Source of the DNA: Candidatus Limnocylindrales bacterium
Lineage (GTDB): Bacteria > Chloroflexota > Limnocylindria > Limnocylindrales > CSP1-4
Length of the DNA: 64,000 bases
Direction of reading: 5' to 3'
Assembly (NCBI GenBank): GCA_038245515.1
Contig: JBBRSJ010000009.1
Location: forward strand, 624 to 64,623
Both the position numbers and the translations under genes were made by a program. A model generated the notes under the pieces. That model was given only the letters and a program-made list of their open reading frames with translations. It did not search any database and was not told the origin of the DNA. Of this stretch, positions 54,299-63,469 are shown piece by piece. Positions within the stretch are counted from its first letter, which is position 1. Every line of letters starts with the position of its first letter.

Positions 54299-55060
54299 TC
54301 ATTTCGCGGTCATCCCGCCGTCGGCGACGAGGACGCTGCCGGTGACGAACGACGATTCGTCCGAGGCCAGGAACAGCGCGACATTGGCGATCTCGCGCGG
54401 CTCGCCCGGCCGGCCGATCGGCTGGAAGGAGTCGATCGTCGCATAGACCTCGCTGAGGCCGCCGAGCATCGCCGCGTGGGCGTGGTTGATCGGCGTGTCG
54501 ACCCATCCCGGGGCGATCGCGTTGCACCGGATGCCCTGCTTGGCGTAGTCGAGAGCGATCCCCTTGCTGAGCATGACGATCGCGCCCTTGGACGTCGCGT
54601 AGATCGTGAGGAACGGTTCGGCGACCAGGCCGTTGACCGAGCTCGTGTTGATCAGCGACCCGCCGCCGCCTCGGAGCATGTGGGGGATCGCGTAGCGGCA
54701 GCCGTAAATGCAGCCCTTGACGTTGACGTCGAGGGTCCGGTCGACGACTTCGTCCGGAACTTCGTGGAACACGCCCGGGATGTTGATCCCGGCGTTGTTG
54801 AAGACCACGTGGAGCCCACCCCAGCGCTCGACGGTCGAGTCCGTGTACGCCTCGACCTGGCGCGGATCCGAGACGTCGGCGGCGACGGCGAAGGCCGTCT
54901 CGCCGATCTCGCGCGCGACGGCCTCGACCGTGTCGCGGTTGACGTCGACGCACGTGACGCGGGCGCCCTCTTCGGCGAAGCGGATTGCGCTGGCTCGCCC
55001 GATGCCGGAACCGGCGCCGGTCACGATGGTCACCTTGCCGGCGAGTCGGTCGCCCATCAT
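54299..55060 (-). CDS. SDR-family oxidoreductase
   Basis: MMGDRLAGKVTIVTGAGSGIG, NNAG, YATSKGA. GGAGG RBS. Only the last 253 aa of the 977-aa track ORF are credible. Confidence 0.85.
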   Translation of the reverse strand: MMGDRLAGKVTIVTGAGSGIGRASAIRFAEEGARVTCVDVNRDTVEAVAREIGETAFAVAADVSDPRQVEAYTDSTVERWGGLHVVFNNAGINIPGVFHEVPDEVVDRTLDVNVKGCIYGCRYAIPHMLRGGGGSLINTSSVNGLVAEPFLTIYATSKGAIVMLSKGIALDYAKQGIRCNAIAPGWVDTPINHAHAAMLGGLSEVYATIDSFQPIGRPGEPREIANVALFLASDESSFVTGSVLVADGGMTAK

Positions 55061-55207
55061 CCACCTCCAGCCGCGGCGCGCCTGACGGGCGATCGCTTGG
55101 CGGCGCGTCGCGATCGGTTGATATTGCCGATCCGCGACGCCTATTGTTGCGACGGGGGAGTCTTGGCGTCCCGGCGAAACCGTCACGTGGATCGATGGAG
55201 GATAAGG

Positions 55208-56833
55208 ATGGCTGGTTCGGACACCGAACGACTGCACCAACTCGGGTACGCCCAGGAGCTGCGCCGCGGGATGCGGACGTTCTCCAACTTCGCGGTCTCG
55301 TTCACGATCATCTCGATCCTGTCGGGCTGCCTGACGCTGTTCAAGTTCGGCATGCTTGCGGGCGGGCCCGCGGTGATGACCCTCGGCTGGCTGTTCGTCG
55401 GCTTCTTCGTCATCCTTGTCGCGTTGGGGATGGCCGAGGTCGCCTCGAGCTATCCCACCGCCGGCGGGCTCTACTACTGGTCGGCGAAGCTCGCCGATGA
55501 GGCGGGTCGCGACGGCGCCCGCTGGAGCTGGTTCGTCGGCTGGTTCAACCTCGTCGGCCAGGTCGCGGTCACCGCTGGCATCGACTTCGGCCTGTCGCTG
55601 TTCACGCAGGCGTTCCTCAACTACCTGTTCGGCTATCCATTGGATCCGCCGTACACGATCCTGATCTACGGGGTCATGCTGGCGATCCACGCGCTGCTGA
55701 ACACCTTCGGGATCCGGCTCGTCAAGGTTCTCAACGACCTGTCGGTCTGGTGGCACCTCGTGGGCGTCGCCGCAATCGTCGTGGTGACCGTGGTCCTCAA
55801 CCAGCACACCCGGACGGACATCGGTACGGTCTTCACCAGCCTCGTCGATCGGACCGGGAGCACGCCGGCGGCCGGCTGGCCCGGGCCGATGATCGGCGGG
55901 ATCGCGCTGTACGTGATGTTGATCGGGTTGCTGAATGCGCAATACACGCTGACCGGGTACGACGCCTCCGCCCACATGTCCGAGGAAACCCATGAGGCCG
56001 CGACCTCCGCCCCGCGCGGGATCCTCTGGTCGGTCGTGATCTCGGTGATCGCCGGGTTCATCCTCCTGGTCGCAATGAACGTCGGCATCACCCCGGACGC
56101 CGCCTTCCAGGTGACCGCAGCTGACGGCACGGTCTCGACGGTCAATGGCTTCGACCATGCGTTCGGCGCCCTGGTTCCACCGGCACAGATCTGGATCGAC
56201 GCCGTCGGTCAGAACCTCGGTCTCGTGATCCTGTTCCTGGTGATCGGCGCCCAGTTCTTCTGCGGAATGTCCTCGGTGACCGCCAACTCGCGGATGATCT
56301 ACGCGTTCTCGCGCGATGGCGCGATCCCCGGCTCGAACTTCTGGCACCGGATCAACCCGCGGACGCGGACCCCAACGAACTCGATCTGGCTGGCGGCCGT
56401 CGGGGCGTTCATCCTCGGCGTGCCCTACCTGTGGAGTCCGGTGGCGTACTTCGCGATCACCTCGATCGCGGTCATCGGCCTGTATGTCGCGTACATCGCC
56501 CCGGTCTACCTGCGCCTTCGCGCCGGCGACCGATTCCAACCGGGTCCGTGGACGCTCGGGCGGTGGAGTCGCCCGATCGGGATCGTGGCCACGATCTGGG
56601 TGGTCTTCATCGTGGTCCTCTTCATGCTTCCGCAGTATCTGCCGCAGTTCGACTCCAGCGGTCCCGTCTGGGCCGATATCAACTTCACCCCGATCGTCTT
56701 CCTCGTGGTCCTCGGCGGCGCGGCCCTCTGGTACGCCGTTTCGGCCAAGAACTGGTTCAAGGGTCCGCGGGTCCAGGGCTCGCCCGACGAGCTCGCGGCG
56801 ATCGAGCGTGAGCTGGAGCTCGCCGGCGGCTGA
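55208..56833 (+). CDS. APC-superfamily amino acid/polyamine permease
   Basis: About 12 TM helices. The EVASSYPTAGGLYYW motif is typical of APC transporters. GGAGG RBS before the ATG at 55208. Confidence 0.85.
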   Translation: MAGSDTERLHQLGYAQELRRGMRTFSNFAVSFTIISILSGCLTLFKFGMLAGGPAVMTLGWLFVGFFVILVALGMAEVASSYPTAGGLYYWSAKLADEAGRDGARWSWFVGWFNLVGQVAVTAGIDFGLSLFTQAFLNYLFGYPLDPPYTILIYGVMLAIHALLNTFGIRLVKVLNDLSVWWHLVGVAAIVVVTVVLNQHTRTDIGTVFTSLVDRTGSTPAAGWPGPMIGGIALYVMLIGLLNAQYTLTGYDASAHMSEETHEAATSAPRGILWSVVISVIAGFILLVAMNVGITPDAAFQVTAADGTVSTVNGFDHAFGALVPPAQIWIDAVGQNLGLVILFLVIGAQFFCGMSSVTANSRMIYAFSRDGAIPGSNFWHRINPRTRTPTNSIWLAAVGAFILGVPYLWSPVAYFAITSIAVIGLYVAYIAPVYLRLRAGDRFQPGPWTLGRWSRPIGIVATIWVVFIVVLFMLPQYLPQFDSSGPVWADINFTPIVFLVVLGGAALWYAVSAKNWFKGPRVQGSPDELAAIERELELAGG

Positions 56834-56931
56834 TCGTTGGCGCCAGACTCGCGAGACGACGAACGCCCGGCCACCGGCCGGGCGTTCTGATTCGGGGCGC
56901 GAAGCCATCGCAGGGTCGATGGCAATCGCCG

Positions 56932-57726
56932 TCAGTAGAGCATCGTCGTCCCGCTGGGGAAGGTGAAGTCGAACGTGCTCGGCGCGAGAGGAGCATCCGG
57001 CTCGTACGCGGTCACGCGGGCGTCGCGGGTGACCTTGCCACCGATCGACTCCTCGAGTCGGAGGATGACGCCGTCGGCGCGGTCGACCGCGATCCGGATC
57101 CGGAAGTCGGGCCGGTCGGCGGACATCTCGATCGTCCGCGGGTGGTCGCACTCGACGACGATCGCCTCGCGCCCGCCGACGTCGTCGAGGCCGACGATCC
57201 GGCAGGCACCAGTCGAGAGCACGTTCTGGCAATAGCCGGCCGGATGGACGAAGGTCTCAGGGAGCGTTTCCATCGGCAGCGCGGTGAGCGGCGCGTACAC
57301 CCGGCTCGGGCCGGGCAGGTCGCGCGATGCAGGACCGCTGACGCCCACGAGGCCGCGTCGAACGGGTCGCTCCGTCCCCAGTCGATGAGCCGCGCTGTAC
57401 GTCCGGACCAACTCGCCGTCGGAGACCCAGATCTCATAGTCGGCCTTGGGACCGAGGGGCGACAGGGTCGTCGTCACGCGGGCGTCGCTCGGGTGACGGA
57501 GGGCGACCTCGGTGGCGGAGACCTGCTCGCCCGCGACCCCGAACGACCGCTCCTCGATCCGAATCCGGAGCGTGTCGAACCGGAGCTCGGCGTCGCGCAT
57601 GAAGGTGAAGAGCTCCGGAAGCGTCGGCAGCTCGTCCGCCGGCAGCGCCACGATCTCGGGTCGCGGCCGGCGCCCGACCGGCATCGGCAGGTCGGCGGCG
57701 CGGTCCCAGAGTCGAGAAGATGTCAT
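56932..57726 (-). CDS. Conserved-looking hypothetical protein
   Basis: A 264-aa ORF with coding-like GC3. No motif was recognised. The composition is soluble-like, and no signal peptide was seen. Confidence 0.5.
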   Translation of the reverse strand: MTSSRLWDRAADLPMPVGRRPRPEIVALPADELPTLPELFTFMRDAELRFDTLRIRIEERSFGVAGEQVSATEVALRHPSDARVTTTLSPLGPKADYEIWVSDGELVRTYSAAHRLGTERPVRRGLVGVSGPASRDLPGPSRVYAPLTALPMETLPETFVHPAGYCQNVLSTGACRIVGLDDVGGREAIVVECDHPRTIEMSADRPDFRIRIAVDRADGVILRLEESIGGKVTRDARVTAYEPDAPLAPSTFDFTFPSGTTMLY

Positions 57727-57755
57727 CGCCGCCGATTGTAGCCGCCGCAGACCCC

Positions 57756-57785
57756 TTGACAGGCGCTGCGCAAGAGGCGTATATA
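57756..57785 (+). promoter_or_regulatory. Sigma70-like promoter of the sodC operon
   Basis: TTGACA (57756-57761), 18-nt spacer, TATATA (57780-57785). Confidence 0.45.
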
Positions 57786-57820
57786 TCGCGTCACGATATA
57801 ACGAGGTGCGCTATATCGTG
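57782..57820. promoter_or_regulatory. AT-rich operator-like array of three TATATCG half-sites
   Basis: TATATCG-cgtca-CGATATA at 57782-57800, and CACGATATA-N11-TATATCGTG at 57792-57820. It overlaps the -10 box in an otherwise very GC-rich region. Confidence 0.45.
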
Positions 57821-57842
57821 AGCTGGAGCAAAGGGGCGCGCG

Positions 57843-58409
57843 ATGAATCGTCACCGTCGAATCACCGTCAGCGTTGCCGCCCTGGGCGCCGCGCTGGCCA
57901 TCACCGGAGCCCTGGCGGGCAGTTCAATGGCGCGAGGTGGCACGACCCGCGCAAGCGCCACGTTCGTGGACGCAGCCGGCGCGACGATCGGATGGGCCCG
58001 CCTCGTCGAGGATGCAAACGGGATCGTCCACGTCAATGTCCACGTCAGCGGACTCAGCGCCGGACTCCACGGGATCCATATCCACTCGATCGGCGCCTGC
58101 GCCCCGACCTTTGCCGCCGCCGGCGGGCATTACAACCCCCTGGGTCGGCAGCACGGCCTGCTCAACACGGACGGCGCGCATGCGGGTGACCTGCCGAACC
58201 TCATCGTCAACGAGGACGGGATCGGCCACCTCGACGTGGCGACCGATCGGGTCACGCTCACGAGCGGCCCGGCCACTCTCTTCGACACGACGGCGGGTGC
58301 GGTCGGCAGCGCCGTCATCATCCACGCCAACGAGGACGACCAGCTGACGAATGCCACCAACGGCAACAGCGGCGGCCGGATCGCGTGCGGCGTGATCGAG
58401 GCGGAATGA
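57843..58409 (+). CDS. sodC: Cu/Zn superoxide dismutase
   Basis: Signal peptide, then HGIHIHSIGAC, GGHYNP, HAGDLPN, and GGRIACGVI with the conserved disulfide Cys. Confidence 0.9.
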   Translation: MNRHRRITVSVAALGAALAITGALAGSSMARGGTTRASATFVDAAGATIGWARLVEDANGIVHVNVHVSGLSAGLHGIHIHSIGACAPTFAAAGGHYNPLGRQHGLLNTDGAHAGDLPNLIVNEDGIGHLDVATDRVTLTSGPATLFDTTAGAVGSAVIIHANEDDQLTNATNGNSGGRIACGVIEAE

Positions 58410-58681
58410 CCTCGAGCGCCGGGCGTCTCGGCCGCTTCGGCGAGACCGCCATGTGGATCCTCGTCGCCCTTCGCGAGGGGCCGCGCAGCACTCCGCGGCT
58501 CCTCGACGAGGTGCGAGCGCTCGATGGCCCGGTCGGGCCTGGGACGCTCTACGGAGCGGTCGCCAGGTTGGAGCGCCTGGATCTGATCGAGCCGACCACG
58601 AATGGCGGCGGCCGGCGGGCGTATCGTCTTGCCGAGCGCCCGGTCGTGACCGGACTCCATGCAGAGGTACACGCCGCATGA
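58406..58681 (+). CDS. PadR-family transcriptional regulator (short)
   Basis: ILVALREGPRSTPRLLDEVRALDGPVGPGTLYGAVARLERLDLIE. ATGA overlap with the sodC stop. Confidence 0.75.
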   Translation: MTSSAGRLGRFGETAMWILVALREGPRSTPRLLDEVRALDGPVGPGTLYGAVARLERLDLIEPTTNGGGRRAYRLAERPVVTGLHAEVHAA

Positions 58682-59001
58682 CCCAGCCCTTCGGCGAGCT
58701 CGGCAGGTTCGCCGAACCGTCGCTCTACATCCTCGTGTCCCTGTCGGGCGGGCCGAAGCACGGCTACGCGATCATGGCCGACGTCGAGGAGATCTCCGGC
58801 AGCCCGATGGGCCCCGGGACTCTTTACGGGGCGCTCGCCCGGCTCGAGCGGCGCGGTCTGGTCGAGGCGCTCGAGCCCGAGGAACGCCGGCGGCCGTACC
58901 GCCTTACGGGCCTCGGGTCCTCGACCCTGCAGGCCCGGCTCGAGAGCCTCGGCGGGTTCGTCCGGACAGGCCTCGCCCGGCTCGGAGGGGATCCCACATG
59001 A
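58678..59001 (+). CDS. PadR-family transcriptional regulator
   Basis: YILVSLSGGPKHGYAIMADVEEISGSPMGPGTLYGALARLERRGLVE...YRLTGLG. ATGA overlap with the upstream gene. Confidence 0.8.
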   Translation: MTQPFGELGRFAEPSLYILVSLSGGPKHGYAIMADVEEISGSPMGPGTLYGALARLERRGLVEALEPEERRRPYRLTGLGSSTLQARLESLGGFVRTGLARLGGDPT

Positions 59002-59864
59002 GCGCCCTCGTCCGCCTGTACCCGCGGGCCTGGCGCGAGCGCTACGGCGCGGAGTTCCTGGAGCTCCTGGCCGATCGGCCAGCGAGCGCCCGCGATCGCT
59101 TCGACATCCTCCACGGCGCGCTCGACGCATGGATCCATCCCCAGGTCCGAGCGACCCCGGCCGCGAATGGAGAGCCGCGCCCGCTCCGGCTGACCATCGC
59201 CGGCCCGGCCGTCGTCGGCGCGATCCTCCTGATCGCGTCCGGGCTCGCGACATACGCCGCGCCAATGGGCGGCTTCGGGTACAAGGAGACCGGCGCACTG
59301 ACGACCGTGCTCGTCGGAGGGCTGATTGCCGTGGCGTTTGCCGCCGTGGCCATGGCCCGCATCACATCGGCCGGCTCGGGCGCGGCGGCGGCGATCCTCG
59401 CCGGGGCGTTCATCACCTTGTTGCCATGGCCGATCCTGATCGTCGGGTTCCTCCTCCATGCGATCGCGACGGTCGGCTTCGGAGTCATCTTGTTCCTGAG
59501 CGGCCGCCGACTGATGGGCGGGGCGCTCACGGTGTCGGCCCTCCTGCTGACGAGCTTCAATACCGAGGACGAGCGAGCGCTTCTGACGATTCCCATCGGC
59601 CTGGCCTGGATCCTCGTTGGGCTCCTGGCCATTCGGCTGAAGGCGCCCCAGCCGATCACGCAGCGGACGGCCCCGTCGCGCCAGTCGCCCCGGTTCGCGG
59701 CGACTGACGAGTTCCGGTCGCCCTCGACGGGACCAATCAGCCCCCGGCTGCACCGCCTCCAAGGCCAGGCTCGGTCATCGCGGCGGGGTCGAGGAGCTCG
59801 TCGAGTCGGTCCGGCGCGATCCCCTGCTCCAAGGCGAGCGCCCGGATCGTCCGGCCACTCTTGA
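58998..59864 (+). CDS. PadR-associated membrane protein
   Basis: ATGA overlap with the PadR stop. A soluble N-terminal ~50 aa, then about five TM helices. The Arg/Pro-rich last ~70 aa overlaps the 3' end of the convergent fumC gene and may not be meaningful. Confidence 0.6.
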   Translation: MSALVRLYPRAWRERYGAEFLELLADRPASARDRFDILHGALDAWIHPQVRATPAANGEPRPLRLTIAGPAVVGAILLIASGLATYAAPMGGFGYKETGALTTVLVGGLIAVAFAAVAMARITSAGSGAAAAILAGAFITLLPWPILIVGFLLHAIATVGFGVILFLSGRRLMGGALTVSALLLTSFNTEDERALLTIPIGLAWILVGLLAIRLKAPQPITQRTAPSRQSPRFAATDEFRSPSTGPISPRLHRLQGQARSSRRGRGARRVGPARSPAPRRAPGSSGHS

Positions 59865-61158
59865 ACGCCGCCTTGGCGAGCGCGGTGGCCGCGTCGTAGC
59901 CGATCTCCGGGGCGAGGGCGGTGGCCAGCATCAGTCCCTGTTCGACGAGGGCCGGCCCGCGCTCGGTGGCCGTCAGGCCGGTGACGGCCCGGTCGGCGAA
60001 GTTGCGGGCCGCCGCGGCGAGCAGCGCGATCGACTCGAGCAGCGCAACTGCGGTCACCGGCAGCATCACGTTCAGCTCGAGGAACGAGCCGGTCTGGCCG
60101 AAGGCGACGGTCGTGTCGTTGCCGAGCACCCGCGCGACGACCATCGTCAGGCTCTCGATGATCACCGGGTTCACCTTGCCGGGCATGATCGAGGAACCCG
60201 GCTGGGTCTCGGGCAGGGCGATCTCGGCGATCCCGGCGCGCGGGCCCATGCCGAGCAGACGGAGGTCGCTGGCGATCTTCCACAAGCTGAGCGCGATCGT
60301 CCGGAGGGCGCCGTGGGCGGCGATCGCCGCGTCAAGGGTCGCCTGGGCGTGGAAGTGGTTCGGCGTCTCAGTCACCGACAGGCCGGTCAACCCGGACAGC
60401 CGTCGCGCCGCCCCGGCCGCGTAGTCGGGATGGGCATTGATCCCCGTGCCGACCGCGGTCCCGCCGAGCGGCACGACGAGCAGCTCCGCCTGCGCGGCGC
60501 GCGCCCGTCGGATCGACTCCTCGAGCTGGCCGGCGTAGCCGCGGAACTCCTGGCCGAGCCGGATCGGGGTCGCGTCCTGGAGGTGGGTCCGGCCGGTCTT
60601 GACGATCGGCCACAGCTCGTCGGCCTTCGCGTCGAGCGCCGCTCGCAGCGTCTCGAGGGCGGGCAGCAGCGTTTCCTCGATTTCCGTGGCGGCCGCGAGC
60701 TGGAGCGCGGTTGGGATCGTGTCGTTCGAGGACTGGCACTTGTTCACGTGGTCGTTCGGATGGACGCGGGTCTCGACCCCGCTCATCGCCGCCAGCGATC
60801 GCATCGCCAGGTTCGCCACGACCTCGTTCATGTTCGTGTTCGTCGACGTGCCCGAGCCGGTCTGGTAGATGTCGATCGGGAATTGGTCGTCGTGACTGCC
60901 CTCGGCGACGTCCGCGCCAGCCGCCGCAATCGCGGACGCCAGTTCCGGCTCGAGCATGCCGAGCTCGGCGTTCGTCTCGGCGGCCGCCTGCTTGATCAGC
61001 GCCAAGGCCCGGATGAATGCCCGCGGGAAGCGCTGGCCGGAGATCGGGAAGTTCAGGACGGCACGCTGGGTGGAGGCGCCGAACAGCGCATCCCCGGGAA
61101 CCTCCATCTCGCCCATCGAGTCGCGCTCCATCCGGGTCGGCCGTCCGTCGTGCGTCAT
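59737..61158 (-). CDS. fumC: Class II fumarate hydratase (aspartase/fumarase superfamily)
   Basis: FGASTQRA..NF, QTGSGTSTNTNMNEV and the signature GSSIMPGKVNP...ESLTMV. Start set at the ATG at 61158 (MTHDGRPTRMERDSMGEMEVP). Confidence 0.8.
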   Translation of the reverse strand: MTHDGRPTRMERDSMGEMEVPGDALFGASTQRAVLNFPISGQRFPRAFIRALALIKQAAAETNAELGMLEPELASAIAAAGADVAEGSHDDQFPIDIYQTGSGTSTNTNMNEVVANLAMRSLAAMSGVETRVHPNDHVNKCQSSNDTIPTALQLAAATEIEETLLPALETLRAALDAKADELWPIVKTGRTHLQDATPIRLGQEFRGYAGQLEESIRRARAAQAELLVVPLGGTAVGTGINAHPDYAAGAARRLSGLTGLSVTETPNHFHAQATLDAAIAAHGALRTIALSLWKIASDLRLLGMGPRAGIAEIALPETQPGSSIMPGKVNPVIIESLTMVVARVLGNDTTVAFGQTGSFLELNVMLPVTAVALLESIALLAAAARNFADRAVTGLTATERGPALVEQGLMLATALAPEIGYDAATALAKAAFKSGRTIRALALEQGIAPDRLDELLDPAAMTEPGLGGGAAGG

Positions 61159-61313
61159 GGGCGCGATTGTAGGGGGGGCCGATCGCCGTACGTTCGCCGC
61201 CGCAGCCCGCCCGCGGTTTCGCCCGCTCGCGGGCGTCGACGGCCCGTGCGTCCGCCGCTGCGTCGCGCCGAGCGCGCCCGTAGACTTCGCGGCCAGAAGC
61301 TTGAGGAGCCTGC

Positions 61314-62261
61314 GTGCCGACGATCCGGGCCAACGGACTCGACATCGCCTACGACGTCCACGGCGCCGGGCCGCCGCTGGTCCTGCTCCACGGCGCGACG
61401 TCGCTCGGGTCACAGGACTTCGCCGCCCAGATTCCGCTGTTCGCGAAGGCCTTCCGGGTCATCGTCCCGGACGCCCGCGGCCACGGCCGGACGCGCTGGG
61501 ACGCCGTCGACGGATTTCGGTACGACTGGCTTGTCGACGATCTCGCCGCCTTCGCGGACGATGTTGGCCTCGAGACGTTCCATCTCGTCGGCTTCTCGAT
61601 GGGGGCGATGACCGCGCTCCACTACGCGGTCCGTCATCCCGAGAGGTTGCGGACCCTGACGGTGGTCGGGATCACGACCCAGCGCGAGCCGCGCGCCTCG
61701 GTCGCGCGGCGATTGATGGATCCTGCCCGCGCGGATCGCGAGGAGCCGGCGTGGGTGGCGGAGCTGAGCCGACGGCACGACGCCGGCCAGGGTGTCGACG
61801 CGTGGCGCCGGCTCCTGCCGGCGATCGCTGCGGACGTCGCCGTCCAGCCGCTCCTGACGCCACGGGACCTGCGCCGGATCGACCTGCCCGCGCTCGTGGT
61901 CGGCGGCGATCGGGACCCGTTCGCCCCGGTCGATCACGCGTGGGGCCTGGAGCGCCAGCTCCCTGATGGGCGGCTCTTCGTCGCGCCCGGCTGCGGCCAT
62001 GAGGTGATGTCGCGCAAGCCGGGGCTCTTCAACGAGGCGCTTGCCGGCTTCTTCAGGTCGACCGCGACCACCGCCGCCGCCCGGGTCGACGCGTACGCGC
62101 TCCGGGCAACGGCCTCCGACCCTGCCGGCCCGCGGCGGGTGAGCCACACCGAGGCCAGCGAAGGCAACCCGCTTGCGGCGGCGACGCCCGCGCCGAACGG
62201 TACCGACAGCGACTGGCTCGGACGAGCCTCATCAGACGATGCACGAGGAGACCATCGGTGA
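61314..62261 (+). CDS. Alpha/beta-fold hydrolase
   Basis: PPLVLLHG, the nucleophile elbow GFSMGA, and a distal D...H (GCGHEV). It has a ~45-aa low-complexity C-terminal tail. Confidence 0.8.
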   Translation: MPTIRANGLDIAYDVHGAGPPLVLLHGATSLGSQDFAAQIPLFAKAFRVIVPDARGHGRTRWDAVDGFRYDWLVDDLAAFADDVGLETFHLVGFSMGAMTALHYAVRHPERLRTLTVVGITTQREPRASVARRLMDPARADREEPAWVAELSRRHDAGQGVDAWRRLLPAIAADVAVQPLLTPRDLRRIDLPALVVGGDRDPFAPVDHAWGLERQLPDGRLFVAPGCGHEVMSRKPGLFNEALAGFFRSTATTAAARVDAYALRATASDPAGPRRVSHTEASEGNPLAAATPAPNGTDSDWLGRASSDDARGDHR

Positions 62262-62581
62262 CCACCCTGCTCGCCCTCTACCGCCGACCCGATGGCGGCG
62301 ACGAGGCTCTGGCCACGTTCCTTCGGCGCTACCGCGCGGAGCACCTGCCGCTCGTGGCGGCGACGCCGGGCCTCCGCGCGACGCGGGTCCAGCGGGTGGA
62401 GCAGGCGTTGGGCGGCGAGACCGACCTCGTCCTGATCACCGCGATGGAGTTCGACGACCGCGCCGGGCTCGACGCCGGCCTCGCCTCTGACGCAATGCGC
62501 CAGGCCGGTCGCAACCTCCGCGAGATCGCGCCGGGGCTCGCGACGCTCCTCGTGCTCGAGGAGGACGTGGCGCCCGCCTGA
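62258..62581 (+). CDS. EthD-family protein
   Basis: A 107-aa protein (LLALYRRPDG...FLRRYRAEHLPLV..TPGL) typical of the EthD/TIGR02118 small dimeric alpha-beta barrel family. GTGA overlap with the upstream stop. Confidence 0.7.
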   Translation: MTTLLALYRRPDGGDEALATFLRRYRAEHLPLVAATPGLRATRVQRVEQALGGETDLVLITAMEFDDRAGLDAGLASDAMRQAGRNLREIAPGLATLLVLEEDVAPA

Positions 62582-62590
62582 CCCGGCCCG

Positions 62591-63466
62591 TTGCGGCGCG
62601 CTGCTACTGTGAGCGCGGACGGAGGAACCGTGACCCAGACCGCGCCGACCGAGACCCCCCAGCCGGCCGACCGAGGCCATGTCAGCGTCGCCCTTCCCGC
62701 CTCGAGCGCCGCGGGCGAGGTCGACGGCGTCGCGCTCGTGACGATCGAGCGGCCCGACGTCCTCAACGCGCTCAACTTCGACCTCCTCGACGCCCTCGCC
62801 GAAGCCCTCGCCGGGCTCGATTCCGATCCGGCCTGCCGGGCGATCGTCCTGACCGGCGCGGGGACGCGGGCATTCGCGGCGGGGGCGGACATCCGGGAGC
62901 TCGCTGTCCAGACTCCGGTCTCGCTTCTCGTCGACGATCGGTTCGCCGTCTGGGATCGGATCGCCGCGACCCGAACGCCGCTGATCGCCGCGGTCCGCGG
63001 CTTCGCCTTCGGCGGTGGCTGCGAGCTTGCGCTGACCTGCGACCTGATCGTCGCCGGCGACGATGCCCGCTTCGGCCAGCCGGAGATCAACCTCGGCGTC
63101 ATGCCCGGCGCCGGCGGCACCCAGCGGCTCACCCGGGCGATCGGCCGGGCCCGGGCAATGGACCTGATTCTCACGGGTCGTCCGATCACGGCCCAGGAGG
63201 CGAGCGCGATGGGCCTCGTCAGCCGGCTCGTCCCGGCCGAGCAGACGCTCGAGGCCGCGCTCGAGCTGGCCCGGACGATCGCCGCCCAGCCGCCGTTGGC
63301 CGTCCTGGCAGCCAAGGAGGCAGTCCGGCTCGCCGAGGAGCTTCCGCTCTCGGCCGGACTGCGCCACGAGCGGCGGGCATTCTTCGCGCTGTTTGCCACT
63401 CATGATCAGACGGAGGGTATGGCCGCCTTCATCGAGAAGCGGCGGCCGGAATGGAAGGGACGCTGA
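62591..63466 (+). CDS. Enoyl-CoA hydratase/isomerase (crotonase family)
   Basis: VTIERPDVLNAL, LTGAG.RAFAAGADI, GFAFGGGCELAL.CD, FGQPEINLGVMPGAGGTQRL. The true start is probably downstream of 62591. Confidence 0.85.
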   Translation: MRRAATVSADGGTVTQTAPTETPQPADRGHVSVALPASSAAGEVDGVALVTIERPDVLNALNFDLLDALAEALAGLDSDPACRAIVLTGAGTRAFAAGADIRELAVQTPVSLLVDDRFAVWDRIAATRTPLIAAVRGFAFGGGCELALTCDLIVAGDDARFGQPEINLGVMPGAGGTQRLTRAIGRARAMDLILTGRPITAQEASAMGLVSRLVPAEQTLEAALELARTIAAQPPLAVLAAKEAVRLAEELPLSAGLRHERRAFFALFATHDQTEGMAAFIEKRRPEWKGR

Positions 63467-63469
63467 ACG

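Noticed and set aside
55061-57232. The N-terminal ~720 aa of the 977-aa track ORF 54299-57232(-).
   Set aside because: Only the last 253 aa, from the MMGDRLAGK start with a GGAGG RBS, form an SDR. The upstream part is Arg/Asp-rich and antisense to the well-supported APC permease gene.
59737-61158. Calling the lyase an aspartate ammonia-lyase (aspA) rather than a fumarase.
   Set aside because: QTGSGTSTN, TQRA and ESLTMV fit class II fumarase better than the aspartase consensus. However, NPVI after GSSIMPGKV is aspartase-like. The fumC call is therefore kept at moderate confidence and needs a phylogenetic check.
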